The notes under the pieces are model-generated. The model was not told where the DNA came from, searched no databases, and saw only the letters and a list, made by a program, of their open reading frames with translations. A stretch of DNA of 14,347 nucleotides. It comes from an uncultured Methanosarcinaceae archaeon (GTDB lineage Archaea; Halobacteriota; Methanosarcinia; Methanosarcinales; Methanosarcinaceae). Numbering within the stretch: the stretch's first letter is position 1; each line of letters opens with the position of its first letter. A program made the translations under genes and the position numbers. Location of the stretch: positions 1 through 14,347 of the forward strand of contig CAVSHT010000002.1 in the NCBI GenBank assembly GCA_963727895.1, written 5' to 3'. Below are positions 1 through 9,138 of the stretch, one piece after another.

Positions 1-883
1 TATATATTGCAGCTGCAGCAACTCCTGTAGGACCTCTTCCGCTTGTAAGTTCCTTTTCGGAAGCCTGCCTCAGGATCTCAACGCTTTTTGACTGAACTTC
101 TCCTTTAAGATTCAGGCCAGAACAGAATCTAGGTACATAGTCGATTGGAGATGTAGGCATAAGCTTTAGTGCCAGTTCTCTGGAAATAAAGCGATAAGTT
201 CTTCCTATTTCCTTTCTACTAACTCTAGATACCTCTTCTATTTCATCAAGAGTTCTTGGGACATTGCACTGGCGACAAGCTGCATATAAAGCTGCTGCGG
301 CGACACCTTCAATGCTTCTTCCACGAATAAGATTTTTGTCCACAGCTTTTCTGTATACAACAGCTGCAGTTTCTCTGACGGTTCTCGGTAGACCAAGTGC
401 AGAAGCCATTCTGTCCAGTTCGGATAATGCAAATGCAAGGTTTCTTTCAGTTGCGTTACTTACACGAATTCTACGCTGCCATTTTCTTAAACGATAGAGC
501 TGAGCACGATTTTTGGAAGAGATCGACTTTCCATAGGAGTCACGGTTTCTCCAGTCAATCATTGTGGAAAGCCCTTTATCGTGGATTGTATATGTCATAG
601 GCGCACCCACACGGGAACGCTTCATACGTTGATCGTGATCGAAAGCTCGCCATTCAGGGCCTTCATCCACAAAATCGGCGTCAATGACAAGTCCGCAGTC
701 GCCACAAACGAGTTCTGCTCGTTCATAGTCATGAACGAGGTTTCTGCTACCGCATTCTGGACACACGGCCTTTTCAGTCTCTACATTTTGCTCTTTTTGC
801 TTCTCCTTGCGAGCTTTGATCATGGCACGTATTTTTTCTCTTTCAAGAGTGTCCGAATAGCGAACTCTTTCGACTTCTACCAT
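1..883 (-). CDS. tfb: Transcription initiation factor IIB (TFB), 3' end runs off the window
   Basis: Absent from the ORF track because no stop lies in the window. Manual translation from ATG at 883 gives [23 protein letters not shown]...[24 protein letters not shown] (Zn ribbon), GPEWRAF (B-reader), [18 protein letters not shown] and [13 protein letters not shown] (cyclin repeats). SD GGTGA lies at 890-894. Confidence 0.97.
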   Translation of the reverse strand, partial: MVEVERVRYSDTLEREKIRAMIKARKEKQKEQNVETEKAVCPECGSRNLVHDYERAELVCGDCGLVIDADFVDEGPEWRAFDHDQRMKRSRVGAPMTYTIHDKGLSTMIDWRNRDSYGKSISSKNRAQLYRLRKWQRRIRVSNATERNLAFALSELDRMASALGLPRTVRETAAVVYRKAVDKNLIRGRSIEGVAAAALYAACRQCNVPRTLDEIEEVSRVSRKEIGRTYRFISRELALKLMPTSPIDYVPRFCSGLNLKGEVQSKSVEILRQASEKELTSGRGPTGVAAAAIY

Positions 884-963
884 ATCATATCACCTTACTA
901 ATTAAAATGACCATGTGTTTACTATACTCAGTATCTTGGCTGTACTACTAACATCACAATAAT

Positions 964-971
964 TATATAAA
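964..971 (-). promoter_or_regulatory. Candidate TATA box (TTTATATA) upstream of tfb
   Basis: Matches the archaeal TATA consensus about 80 nt upstream of the tfb ATG. The BRE is weak and this rests on motif match only. Confidence 0.4.
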
Positions 972-1075
972 TCAAAGGACAAGAAAATCCGCAGACCTTT
1001 TCAGCAAAAAATATATAATCAAGTCAATGTTTAACCATATCAAAGAATTCAAACGTTTATTCAATGTCAGAAATC

Positions 1076-1336
1076 TCACCGAATATAGACTCTTTCATTT
1101 ATGAGAGCCCGAACCTCTGAATCAGGAGTTTTTTTAAAGCCCTTAACTAAAAAAAATGGATGGTTTATTGGTCCGAAAACACTAACTATCGTACCAATCC
1201 TATTCAGAGCTTTGTCTACAACTACAGAATTCAATTTAGGAAGACTGCCTGAGACATTCTCGGGTTTTACCTCATCCCCTCTAATTATCAGGTTTTTAAC
1301 ACCTGTTTTGTGTAGCACTTTACCGAGTCGTTTCAT
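1076..1336 (-). CDS. gar1: H/ACA RNP Gar1/Naf1-family protein
   Basis: MKRLGKVLH...PKLNSVVVDKALNRIGTIVSVFGPINHPFFLVK resembles archaeal Gar1 (IGxIxxVFGPVxxPY). The position next to tfb is typical. ATG 1336 is preferred over GTG 1345. Confidence 0.88.
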   Translation of the reverse strand: MKRLGKVLHKTGVKNLIIRGDEVKPENVSGSLPKLNSVVVDKALNRIGTIVSVFGPINHPFFLVKGFKKTPDSEVRALINERVYIR

Positions 1337-1462
1337 ATAAGCCACAAATAATTAATAGTATTTCTCCAGCTCAGAAAACATATTTCCTGGCTTTGAACAT
1401 GTTACTTTACCAGTCATAAATATGGGTATATATTATAGACTGAAAAGCATATGTAGTCTACG

Positions 1463-1477
1463 TTTATATTATATAAA
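1463..1477. promoter_or_regulatory. Palindromic TATA-like element TTTATAT-T-ATATAAA in the divergent gar1/ppdK spacer
   Basis: Perfect 7-bp inverted repeat around one base. It reads TTTATATA on the - strand (1477-1470), which suits gar1. Confidence 0.45.
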
Positions 1478-1562
1478 GATATCGCAATGCCTATATTGTA
1501 GGTTAGTTCAAGCTAAATTAATAGAGTAAACTATAAGATCTAGGATAAAGGGAAACCACAAC

Positions 1563-1613
1563 CTTATATATTAAATTGACATTGTTGGCAGCGATCAGAC
1601 CATAGTATGGTCT
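1563..1613 (+). promoter_or_regulatory. Candidate ppdK promoter: TATA box CTTATATA (1563-1570) plus 17-bp palindrome AGACCATA-G-TATGGTCT (1597-1613)
   Basis: TATA-like motif followed ~26 nt later by a perfect 8-bp inverted repeat near the expected transcription start. SD GGAGG at 1651-1655. Confidence 0.5.
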
Positions 1614-1662
1614 ATCCATTCACTAAATCCGATTAATGATCTCATTCTAGGGAGGAGACTCA

Positions 1663-4308
1663 TTGTCCAAGTTCGTATATTTTTTTGGAAAGGATGTAAC
1701 TGATGGCAAAGGTAGCATGAAAGACTTACTTGGAGGTAAGGGATCTGGCCTCGCCGAAATGGCAAATCTTGGAATCCCAGTTCCACCAGGTTTTACAATA
1801 ACAACCGAAGTTTGTGTACTTTATTTACAAAATAATACTTATCCTGAAGAAATACACAAACAGATCAAAGAAGCGATCGACAAACTCGAGACCTTAAACA
1901 ATAAAAAGTTGGGAGACCCTAATGATCCACTTCTTGTTTCTGTAAGGTCTGGAGCTAGAGTTTCCATGCCAGGGATGATGGATACTGTTCTTAACCTTGG
2001 TCTAACGGATAAATCTGTTATTGGGCTTGCAAATAAAGTCAATGACGAAAGATTCGCTTATGATTGTTATCGCAGATTTATTTCCATGTTTGGAGATGTG
2101 GTTCTAGGAATTGATTTTGATAAGTTTGAATCCCTTATCGAAGATCAGAAAAAAGAACTGAAAGTAGAATCCGATGCTGATCTTGATGTAAAAGCTTTAA
2201 AATACTTGGTTGAGAGGTTCAAGGGAGTAATTAAACTCGAAAAAGGATTTGATTTCCCCCAGGATCCAACAGTTCAACTTCAAATGGCAATTGATGCTGT
2301 TTTTGATTCCTGGAATAACCCCCGAGCCATCACATACAGAAAACTTAACGAAATTGATGATAGCTGGGGCACAGCTGTCAATGTACAGACAATGGTTTAC
2401 GGGAACAGAGGAAACACCTCAGGTACAGGAGTTGCTTTCACAAGAAACCCGTCTACAGGAGAAAAGAAGTTTTTCGGAGAATATCTCATCAATGCACAGG
2501 GAGAAGATGTTGTTGCAGGTATAAGAACTCCAGACTTCATTGACACTCTTAATAACAAAATTCCTGAATCCTACAACCAGCTTGTTGATATCTGTAAGAG
2601 GCTTGAAGCCCATTTCACAGATATGCAGGATATAGAGTTCACTATCCAGGAAGGAAAACTCTACATGCTGCAGACAAGGACAGGAAAGCGTACAGCTGCT
2701 GCAGCTGTGAAGATTGCAACTGACATGGTAGCAGAAGGGCTTATTGACAAGGAAACCGCAGTCACAAGGATTAAAGCCGAGCATATTGATCTGCTTCTGC
2801 ACCCAAGAATTGACCCCAACGCAAAACTTGATGTAATTGCAAAAGGACTTCCAGCATCACCAGGTGCTGCTGTAGGAAAAGTTGTATTTACTGCCGAGGC
2901 AGCTGAAGAAATGGCCGAGAAAGGAGAAAAAACGATTCTTGTCCGAACAGAAACTTCTCCTGAAGACATAGGGGGAATGGCAGCTGCTCAGGGTGTCCTT
3001 ACCGTGCGTGGAGGAATGACCTCTCATGCAGCAGTTGTTGGAAGAGGTATGGGTAAGCCCTGTGTTGTAGGTTGTGGAGATATCTCAATCGATGCAAAGA
3101 GCGGCATCTTCATGGTAAATGGTTATACTGTAAAGGAACATGACTATATTACCATTGATGGAAGCACAGGCGGTTTAATCATCGGGAAAGTAGAGCTGAT
3201 TGACGCAGAAATTAGTGATGACCTGAAGAGAATTCTTCTCTGGGCTGATGCGATCAGGACTCTCGGTGTAAGAACAAACGCAGACAATCCGGCAGATGCA
3301 GGCCTTGCCCGTGAACTTGGGGCTGAAGGTATAGGACTTTGCAGAACTGAGCATATGTTCTTTGGCGAAGAGAGAATCCCAGCAGTAAGGGAAATGATCA
3401 TGGCCGAAGATGAAAAGTCCAGGAAAAAAGCCCTCAAAAAGTTACTTCCCATGCAGAAGGAAGACTTCCTTGGGATCTTCCGCAGCATGGAAGGTTTGCC
3501 TGTAACAATTAGGCTTTTGGACCCACCTTTGCATGAGTTCCTTCCTGACAAAGAAGAGCTGGATGCAAAGCTCAGGGAATTTGAAGCTGCAGGAAATCGT
3601 GAAAAGATCGCTGAGGTAAAGAAAGTTATTCAGCGTGTAGTTTCCCTAAAAGAACTCAATCCTATGCTTGGTCACAGAGGATGCAGACTCGGAATAACTT
3701 ATCCGGAAATTTATAATATGCAAGTACGTGCAATCATGGAAGCTGCATGTGAACTTGCAATCGAAGGAATGCAGATCGTTCCTGAAATCATGATCCCACT
3801 CGTAGGTCTTGTAAAAGAGCTTTCAATTACCAGGGAAGAAGTCTGCAAAATGGCAGAAACTGTCATGGCTGAGAAAGGCGTAAAGATCGACTACAAAGTA
3901 GGAACAATGATTGAGCTGCCCAGAGCCGCAATTATTGCAGACCAGATCGCACAGGAAGCTGATTTCTTCTCATTTGGAACAAACGACTTGACCCAGACAA
4001 CCTTTGGATTCAGCCGTGATGACGTGTCCAAGTTCGTGCCCATTTACCAGAAGGCAGGAATTCTTGAGCACGACCCATTTGCAGTTCTGGACCAGGAAGG
4101 CGTTGGAGAAATCATGAAAATCGGCATAGGAAAAGGTCGCTCTGTCAAACCCGATCTTAAAATAGGTATCTGCGGAGAACACGGTGGAGAACCAAAATCC
4201 ATTCACTTCGCCCATGAAATTGGTCTTAACTATGTAAGCTGCTCTCCTTACAGAGTTCCGATTGCAAGGCTCGTAGCTGCTCAGAGCACAATTGAGTCCA
4301 GAAAGTAA
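1663..4308 (+). CDS. ppdK: Pyruvate, phosphate dikinase
   Basis: 881 aa with TTG start after a GGAGG SD. Motifs: LLGGKG, PLLVSVRSGA, SMPGMMDT, GEDVVAGIRTP, phosphocarrier GGMTSHAAVV, GIGLCRTEHMF, FSFGTNDLTQ and GICGEHGG. Confidence 0.98.
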   Translation: MSKFVYFFGKDVTDGKGSMKDLLGGKGSGLAEMANLGIPVPPGFTITTEVCVLYLQNNTYPEEIHKQIKEAIDKLETLNNKKLGDPNDPLLVSVRSGARVSMPGMMDTVLNLGLTDKSVIGLANKVNDERFAYDCYRRFISMFGDVVLGIDFDKFESLIEDQKKELKVESDADLDVKALKYLVERFKGVIKLEKGFDFPQDPTVQLQMAIDAVFDSWNNPRAITYRKLNEIDDSWGTAVNVQTMVYGNRGNTSGTGVAFTRNPSTGEKKFFGEYLINAQGEDVVAGIRTPDFIDTLNNKIPESYNQLVDICKRLEAHFTDMQDIEFTIQEGKLYMLQTRTGKRTAAAAVKIATDMVAEGLIDKETAVTRIKAEHIDLLLHPRIDPNAKLDVIAKGLPASPGAAVGKVVFTAEAAEEMAEKGEKTILVRTETSPEDIGGMAAAQGVLTVRGGMTSHAAVVGRGMGKPCVVGCGDISIDAKSGIFMVNGYTVKEHDYITIDGSTGGLIIGKVELIDAEISDDLKRILLWADAIRTLGVRTNADNPADAGLARELGAEGIGLCRTEHMFFGEERIPAVREMIMAEDEKSRKKALKKLLPMQKEDFLGIFRSMEGLPVTIRLLDPPLHEFLPDKEELDAKLREFEAAGNREKIAEVKKVIQRVVSLKELNPMLGHRGCRLGITYPEIYNMQVRAIMEAACELAIEGMQIVPEIMIPLVGLVKELSITREEVCKMAETVMAEKGVKIDYKVGTMIELPRAAIIADQIAQEADFFSFGTNDLTQTTFGFSRDDVSKFVPIYQKAGILEHDPFAVLDQEGVGEIMKIGIGKGRSVKPDLKIGICGEHGGEPKSIHFAHEIGLNYVSCSPYRVPIARLVAAQSTIESRK

Positions 4309-4586
4309 AAATTCTATAAATTGAAATTTGTTTAAAAAGGTAGGATGAAAATCTTTCCTTTATTATTCTTTTTCTGAAAATTGTATTCTGCAGGTCAATA
4401 TTTTTGTATGAATATTTTGATCTGAAGAGTCTGAATCCCAAAGCTCTGATTATTAACTTATTTTTTAAAATATAATGATGTACTCTTAAATAACGACATA
4501 TCCTTTAAAAATTAATATTCTTAAAAATTGATATGCTTCACTTTAAGCTCTTAATTTAAGAAAAAAGTTCTAATTATACAGGTTTA

Positions 4587-4608
4587 TTGCGGCTCCAGGT
4601 AGCCGCAA
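4587..4608. terminator. GC-rich hairpin TTGCGGCT-CCAGGT-AGCCGCAA between convergent ppdK and idsA (possible terminator or 3' stabilising stem)
   Basis: Perfect 8-bp stem with a 6-nt loop, 36 nt past the idsA stop. A second imperfect stem lies at 4612-4634, and a - strand T-tract lies at 4561-4566. Confidence 0.45.
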
Positions 4609-4644
4609 ATTTTCCTGAATTATTCTTTCGGGAAGCCTAATAAT

Positions 4645-5610
4645 TCAGTATTTCCTTGAGATCATATAATCGGCAATCTGAAGGAGAAGTTCTTTCTCCG
4701 GGCAATCCCGTAGGACATCCAGTTTTTCTTTGCCTTCATTGATATATGAAATCGCAAGGTTCTTTACATAATCAATTGATCCGCATTCAGTTAATATCTG
4801 GACGGCTTCGTCGGTTTCTTCCTGAGTAGCTTTTCCTTTTCCGAAAATATCTAGTTTTACATCCTTTTCGAAAGCATCAATCACAATAAGAGTATATTTC
4901 CCTTCCATCAGGTCACTACCTCTTACTTTTCCAAGCACTTCTTCTGAAGTGACCATATCCAGGACATCGTCATACATCTGGAATCCTATTCCTATAAGGC
5001 GTCCGTATTCGGATAAAGCTTCCGCAAGCTCATCAGAAGCTCCTCCAAGAATGCCCCCAATCTTGGCTGAAGCTGCATAAAGGACCGAGGTCTTTTTTTC
5101 CACCATCTCAATATATTCAGCTTTACTAACTTTTTCCCTTTTCTCAAAATCCATATCAAGCCACTGGCCTTCGCAGATTTCGGTACAGGTTTTTGAGAGG
5201 ACGTCCATACATTTTAAAATCCTTACAGGCTCGTTTTCGACCTTTGACATAATTTCAAAAGCTTTGGAATAAAGTGTATCACCTGCAAGAATTGCTCCAG
5301 CTTCACCCCATATCATATGGACTGCAGGTCTTCCTCTACGAATATCATCTCTATCCATTATGTCATCATGGATTAAAGTGAAATTATGTACAAGTTCCAC
5401 GGCTACTGCTGCAGGTAAGACCGATTTGATGTTTGAGCCTGTAGCTTCAGCTGCCAGAATAAGAACTGCAGGGCGGAGACGTTTTCCTCCTGCATCTACC
5501 AGGTAGCGAGAAGCTTTGTATAGCTCCTCTGGATGTGCTACCGGAAGCAGTTCGCCAATTGCAGCGTCAACATGGACACTTCTTTTTTTGATTTCATCAA
5601 GTAACGCCAT
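4645..5610 (-). CDS. idsA: Geranylgeranyl diphosphate synthase (short-chain isoprenyl diphosphate synthase)
   Basis: GGKRLRP, FARM FTLIHDDIMD (aromatic residue at -5, typical of archaeal GGPPS), RRG, GQWLD, KT and SARM FQMYDDVLD. ATG 5610 is preferred; GTG 5619 is an alternative. Confidence 0.95.
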   Translation of the reverse strand: MALLDEIKKRSVHVDAAIGELLPVAHPEELYKASRYLVDAGGKRLRPAVLILAAEATGSNIKSVLPAAVAVELVHNFTLIHDDIMDRDDIRRGRPAVHMIWGEAGAILAGDTLYSKAFEIMSKVENEPVRILKCMDVLSKTCTEICEGQWLDMDFEKREKVSKAEYIEMVEKKTSVLYAASAKIGGILGGASDELAEALSEYGRLIGIGFQMYDDVLDMVTSEEVLGKVRGSDLMEGKYTLIVIDAFEKDVKLDIFGKGKATQEETDEAVQILTECGSIDYVKNLAISYINEGKEKLDVLRDCPEKELLLQIADYMISRKY

Positions 5611-5644
5611 AAATATCACGAGATACGGATAACTTTCTTATAAA

Positions 5645-6988
5645 TTATTCTTCTATATATAACACTTCACCGTTTCTTAGAAGGTGTACTGTATCTCCAA
5701 GTACATATCCAGCATCTTCCGCCATCTCGATGTAGTGCCCGTGCATCTCCATATCCCCGTGAGCAGGGATAACATGCTCAGGGTTAACCATACGCAGAAG
5801 TTCCCAGTGGTCTTCCCTGTATGCGTGTCCTGAAACATGCACATTATCATAAATCCTGGCTCCCCGCATCTTAAGCTTGGTCTCGAGCGCATAGCGGTTA
5901 GCCTGAGTCATGGGACTTGGGATTACATTTGCAGAGAAAATGACCTTGTCTCCTGGGTCAATTGTATAAGGAGTTTCACCATTTGCAACACGTACAAGTA
6001 TTGAGCCTGGTTCTCCCTGGTGTCCAGTGACTATTGGGAGATACTTATTCTTTCCTTCCTGTATGATACGTTTGAAAGCTCTATCAACTTCTTTCCTCTG
6101 ACCATATATCTCAACATTGGAAGGCAACTTAAGATATCCAAGATCTCTTGCAGCCCCCACATAACGATCCATTGAACGCCCCATAAGTACGGGAATCCTG
6201 CCCATTTCCCCAGCTGCTTCAATAATTGCTTTTAGTCTGGGTATGTGGGAAGCAAAAGTTGTAATAATCATTCCTACTTCGGATTCTTCTGTTCCAAGCA
6301 GTACATCCCTCACCATATCTTTTGCAATTTGTTCGGAAGGTGTTTTTCCTGAGCGCCCTGCATTTGTGCTCTCTACAATCATTGCAATAACTCCTTCTTT
6401 CCCAAGGGATTTTAGGCGTTCGAAATCTGGCGCTGTGCCCATTGTTGGAGTTCGGTCTAGCTTAAAATCACAGGCGTAAAGGACAGCTCCAACTGGAGTA
6501 TGAACTACTGCAAAAACACAGTCAATAATGCTGTGTTGGACATTAATGAATTCGATTGAAATATCTTCCGTAACCTGGTAAGTTCTACCTGCATTCAATG
6601 GAATAACTCTGTTGCAAACCTCAAACTTGCGTTCGGCCTCGATCTGCTGTTTGATAAGGGCTGTTGTATATGGTGTTGAGATTATCGGGGCGTTATATCT
6701 GTGAGCAAGTTTTGGAATTGCGCCTATGTGGTCAAGATGTCCATGAGTACAGACAATTGCCCGGACAGTTCCATTAATTTCTTTCATAATAGTATCATCA
6801 GGAATTGCCCCCATCTCGATAAGTTCGAGAGAATGCATTTTGTCAATCTCAACATCTTCATGGATCTGAACTCTATCGAGACGAAGTCCCATATCCAGAA
6901 TGATAATATCTTCACCTACAATTATCGCAGTCATATTACGGCCCATCTCATTGTAACCGCCAACTGCAACGATTCCTATTTCAGTCAT
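5645..6988 (-). CDS. rnj: Ribonuclease J (archaeal beta-CASP metallo-beta-lactamase)
   Basis: 447 aa. Motifs: GGYNEMGRNM, THGHLDHIG (HxHxDH), HSI, DFK, VTGHQGEP, HVSGHA and PAHGD. SD GAGGT upstream. Confidence 0.95.
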   Translation of the reverse strand: MTEIGIVAVGGYNEMGRNMTAIIVGEDIIILDMGLRLDRVQIHEDVEIDKMHSLELIEMGAIPDDTIMKEINGTVRAIVCTHGHLDHIGAIPKLAHRYNAPIISTPYTTALIKQQIEAERKFEVCNRVIPLNAGRTYQVTEDISIEFINVQHSIIDCVFAVVHTPVGAVLYACDFKLDRTPTMGTAPDFERLKSLGKEGVIAMIVESTNAGRSGKTPSEQIAKDMVRDVLLGTEESEVGMIITTFASHIPRLKAIIEAAGEMGRIPVLMGRSMDRYVGAARDLGYLKLPSNVEIYGQRKEVDRAFKRIIQEGKNKYLPIVTGHQGEPGSILVRVANGETPYTIDPGDKVIFSANVIPSPMTQANRYALETKLKMRGARIYDNVHVSGHAYREDHWELLRMVNPEHVIPAHGDMEMHGHYIEMAEDAGYVLGDTVHLLRNGEVLYIEE

Positions 6989-8032
6989 ATTTTTTACCTC
7001 TTATTTATTTTATCCTTGTGAACCCCAACCCTAGAAAACGGATCAGGTGATGACCTTGAAGTTATAACCATAATATGAATAATGTATAATCTTGAGTCTA
7101 ACACAGAATCAGTTTTAAAATAGTGTAACTATTTAGCTCCTGCTCGCAGGAGGACTTTACCCTAAATGAAACGAATAAGGCTACATATCTTGGAGAAGAA
7201 TTCTACTTTAGAGTTATGTCCTTTTCAGTATATATACACTTGAAAATTTGTTAAGTGCTTTTCGAAACTATCAATCCTTTTTGAGACCTATTTCTTCAAG
7301 GATTTTATCTTACTATATCAATCAAGCTCTGGTGATTAATTCAATAAACAGAAGCTTTTACTTACTTTCTCTTACTGACCAGCATTTTTTAAGAATCTTC
7401 TCTAAATCAATACTAGAAAGCAAGATTTAGCCTGATGTAGTCTTTGAAAATGTATCCTTTTCTATTTACACTGATTCTTATCGATTTTCTCAAGCGACCT
7501 TATTATAATTATGTCTTATTTTCATTCTTGGTTTTATTCCTTCTTATTTTCACTATTCATTCTCGGATTACTCATATCATAATAATCTTTATTAGGTAAT
7601 TTTCTAGACAATTATCTTGTCTATTTCTCCTAACTTATGAAACCACTTAATAATAGTTTCAGTTGACTCCTTTGAAACTAAGATTTAATTAGTCAATTTA
7701 CGGTGTTATTTTTTTGAATTAATTCCTTAATTTAATTGGTTCTACAAAAACCAATATTCTTTTAGCTTATGAATCACGAGGTGAATTCTAATGTAATTGT
7801 TACTACTTAGTAATTTAGATAGAACTTATGATTATTCAAAATGATCTTGGAAGTTTTCTAAAGTTATGAAACAATGCGCTATTATTCATATATTAACAAT
7901 TTATTCTCGAACATTACTTCATATTATGTATAAATATTGTTATGTAATGAACCTTTAATGAAGACATTAGCTATTATATCTTACCGGTATGATTCAAATC
8001 TTAATACAGATTACTGAAAATTACGATCTATT

Positions 8033-9133
8033 TTATACGTTAAATGTATCACCTACGGCATAATCTTTTACATTAAAACCGCGCTGCCCCAGATATTCGA
8101 GGGTCCAGCCAGTAACAACCACAGGTGCGTTGCGTAGATCCTGTATATTTTCACATCCGCAGAGAAACATTGAGATTCTGAATTCTTCCAGCATGCGAGA
8201 AAGAATTCTTACAACCGACTCTTTTCCTTCAAGGGCGGGACCTACAAAAGGTAAAGCTGCGCTTGCTGCACTAGCTCCAAGAGCAATGGATTTAGCTATA
8301 TCGATCCCTGTCCTGATTCCACCAGTTGCGATGATTGGAAGTGAGACTCGCGACTCTATAATACTTGCAACTGTAGGGATTCCAAAGTCCCAGAAGAGTT
8401 CCCCAAGGTGTTCAGATACTAAATCTCCACTTTCCCTTGCCCGGTAAACCTCTACACCTGCCCAGCTTGTACCTCCTGATCCTCCTACATCTATTGCTGA
8501 CACTCCTGCCTTTTGGAGAAGTAGGGCATCTTCTCTTGAGATTCCAGCTCCTGTTTCTTTAACAATTACTGGAGTGCTCAACACGGAGCATATCTCCTTT
8601 ATCATATCAAGGCAACCAGTTGCGTCTCTATCTCCTTCTGGTTGGATTGCTTCCTGTAAGAAGTTTAGATGAATGGCAAGAGCATCAGCATCGATCATCT
8701 CTATAAGTTTTATAACTCCTTCAATTCCATATTCGCGAATCTGGGCAGCGCCTACATTTCCATATACAAAAGCATTTGGAGCTTTTTCCCTTACAATTCT
8801 GAAAGATTCTTCCTGAGCAGGATCATCAACGGCAGCTCTCTGGCTTCCAACTCCTATTCCTATTCCCAGTTCTTCGGCTGCAGCAGCAAGGGCAGCATTT
8901 ACGGAAATAGTCTCAGGATGTCCTCCAGTAATCGAAGCTATTAAAAACGGAGCTTGCAGGCGTTTTCCAAGAAGATCTACAGACATATCCAGTTTATCCA
9001 TATCAAGTTCTGGAAGAGCTCTATGGATAAGGGTCACATCCTCAAAGCCAGCACTGACTTTTCGGGATTCAACCGGACTTTCAGCACATAAATTCAAATG
9101 TTCAATCTTTCGCTTTGAGGTATTATTAACCAT
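8033..9133 (-). CDS. fni: Type 2 (FMN-dependent) isopentenyl-diphosphate delta-isomerase
   Basis: RKIEHL, ITGG, GVGSQR, HLNFLQE, VKETGAG, GGTSW and ATGGIRTG. Start is ATG 9133, or ATG 9142 overlapping the ipk stop as ATGA. Confidence 0.96.
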   Translation of the reverse strand: MVNNTSKRKIEHLNLCAESPVESRKVSAGFEDVTLIHRALPELDMDKLDMSVDLLGKRLQAPFLIASITGGHPETISVNAALAAAAEELGIGIGVGSQRAAVDDPAQEESFRIVREKAPNAFVYGNVGAAQIREYGIEGVIKLIEMIDADALAIHLNFLQEAIQPEGDRDATGCLDMIKEICSVLSTPVIVKETGAGISREDALLLQKAGVSAIDVGGSGGTSWAGVEVYRARESGDLVSEHLGELFWDFGIPTVASIIESRVSLPIIATGGIRTGIDIAKSIALGASAASAALPFVGPALEGKESVVRILSRMLEEFRISMFLCGCENIQDLRNAPVVVTGWTLEYLGQRGFNVKDYAVGDTFNV

Positions 9134-9138
9134 ATACT

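Noticed and set aside
238..901. ORFs 238-438, 264-497, 397-600 and 581-901
   Set aside because: They are shadow or alternate frames of tfb, which occupies 1-883 on the - strand.
1595..1786. 63-aa - strand ORF over the ppdK start
   Set aside because: It overlaps the ppdK 5' end and promoter, with no protein-like features.
1839..4441. Several 67-135 aa ORFs overlapping ppdK
   Set aside because: They are antisense or off-frame shadows of a well-conserved gene, with no recognisable motifs.
4505..4536. Tandem 16-bp repeat TTAAAAATTRATATKC x2
   Set aside because: Only two low-complexity copies with no spacers. It is a slippage duplication, not CRISPR.
7046..7053. GTGATGA resembling a C box of a C/D sRNA
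   Set aside because: I found no properly spaced CTGA D box and C'/D' pair downstream.
7248..7430. 60-aa + strand ORF in the fni-rnj spacer
   Set aside because: It has a TTG start with no SD and a Ser/Ile/Leu/Phe-rich composition expected from random AT-rich DNA.
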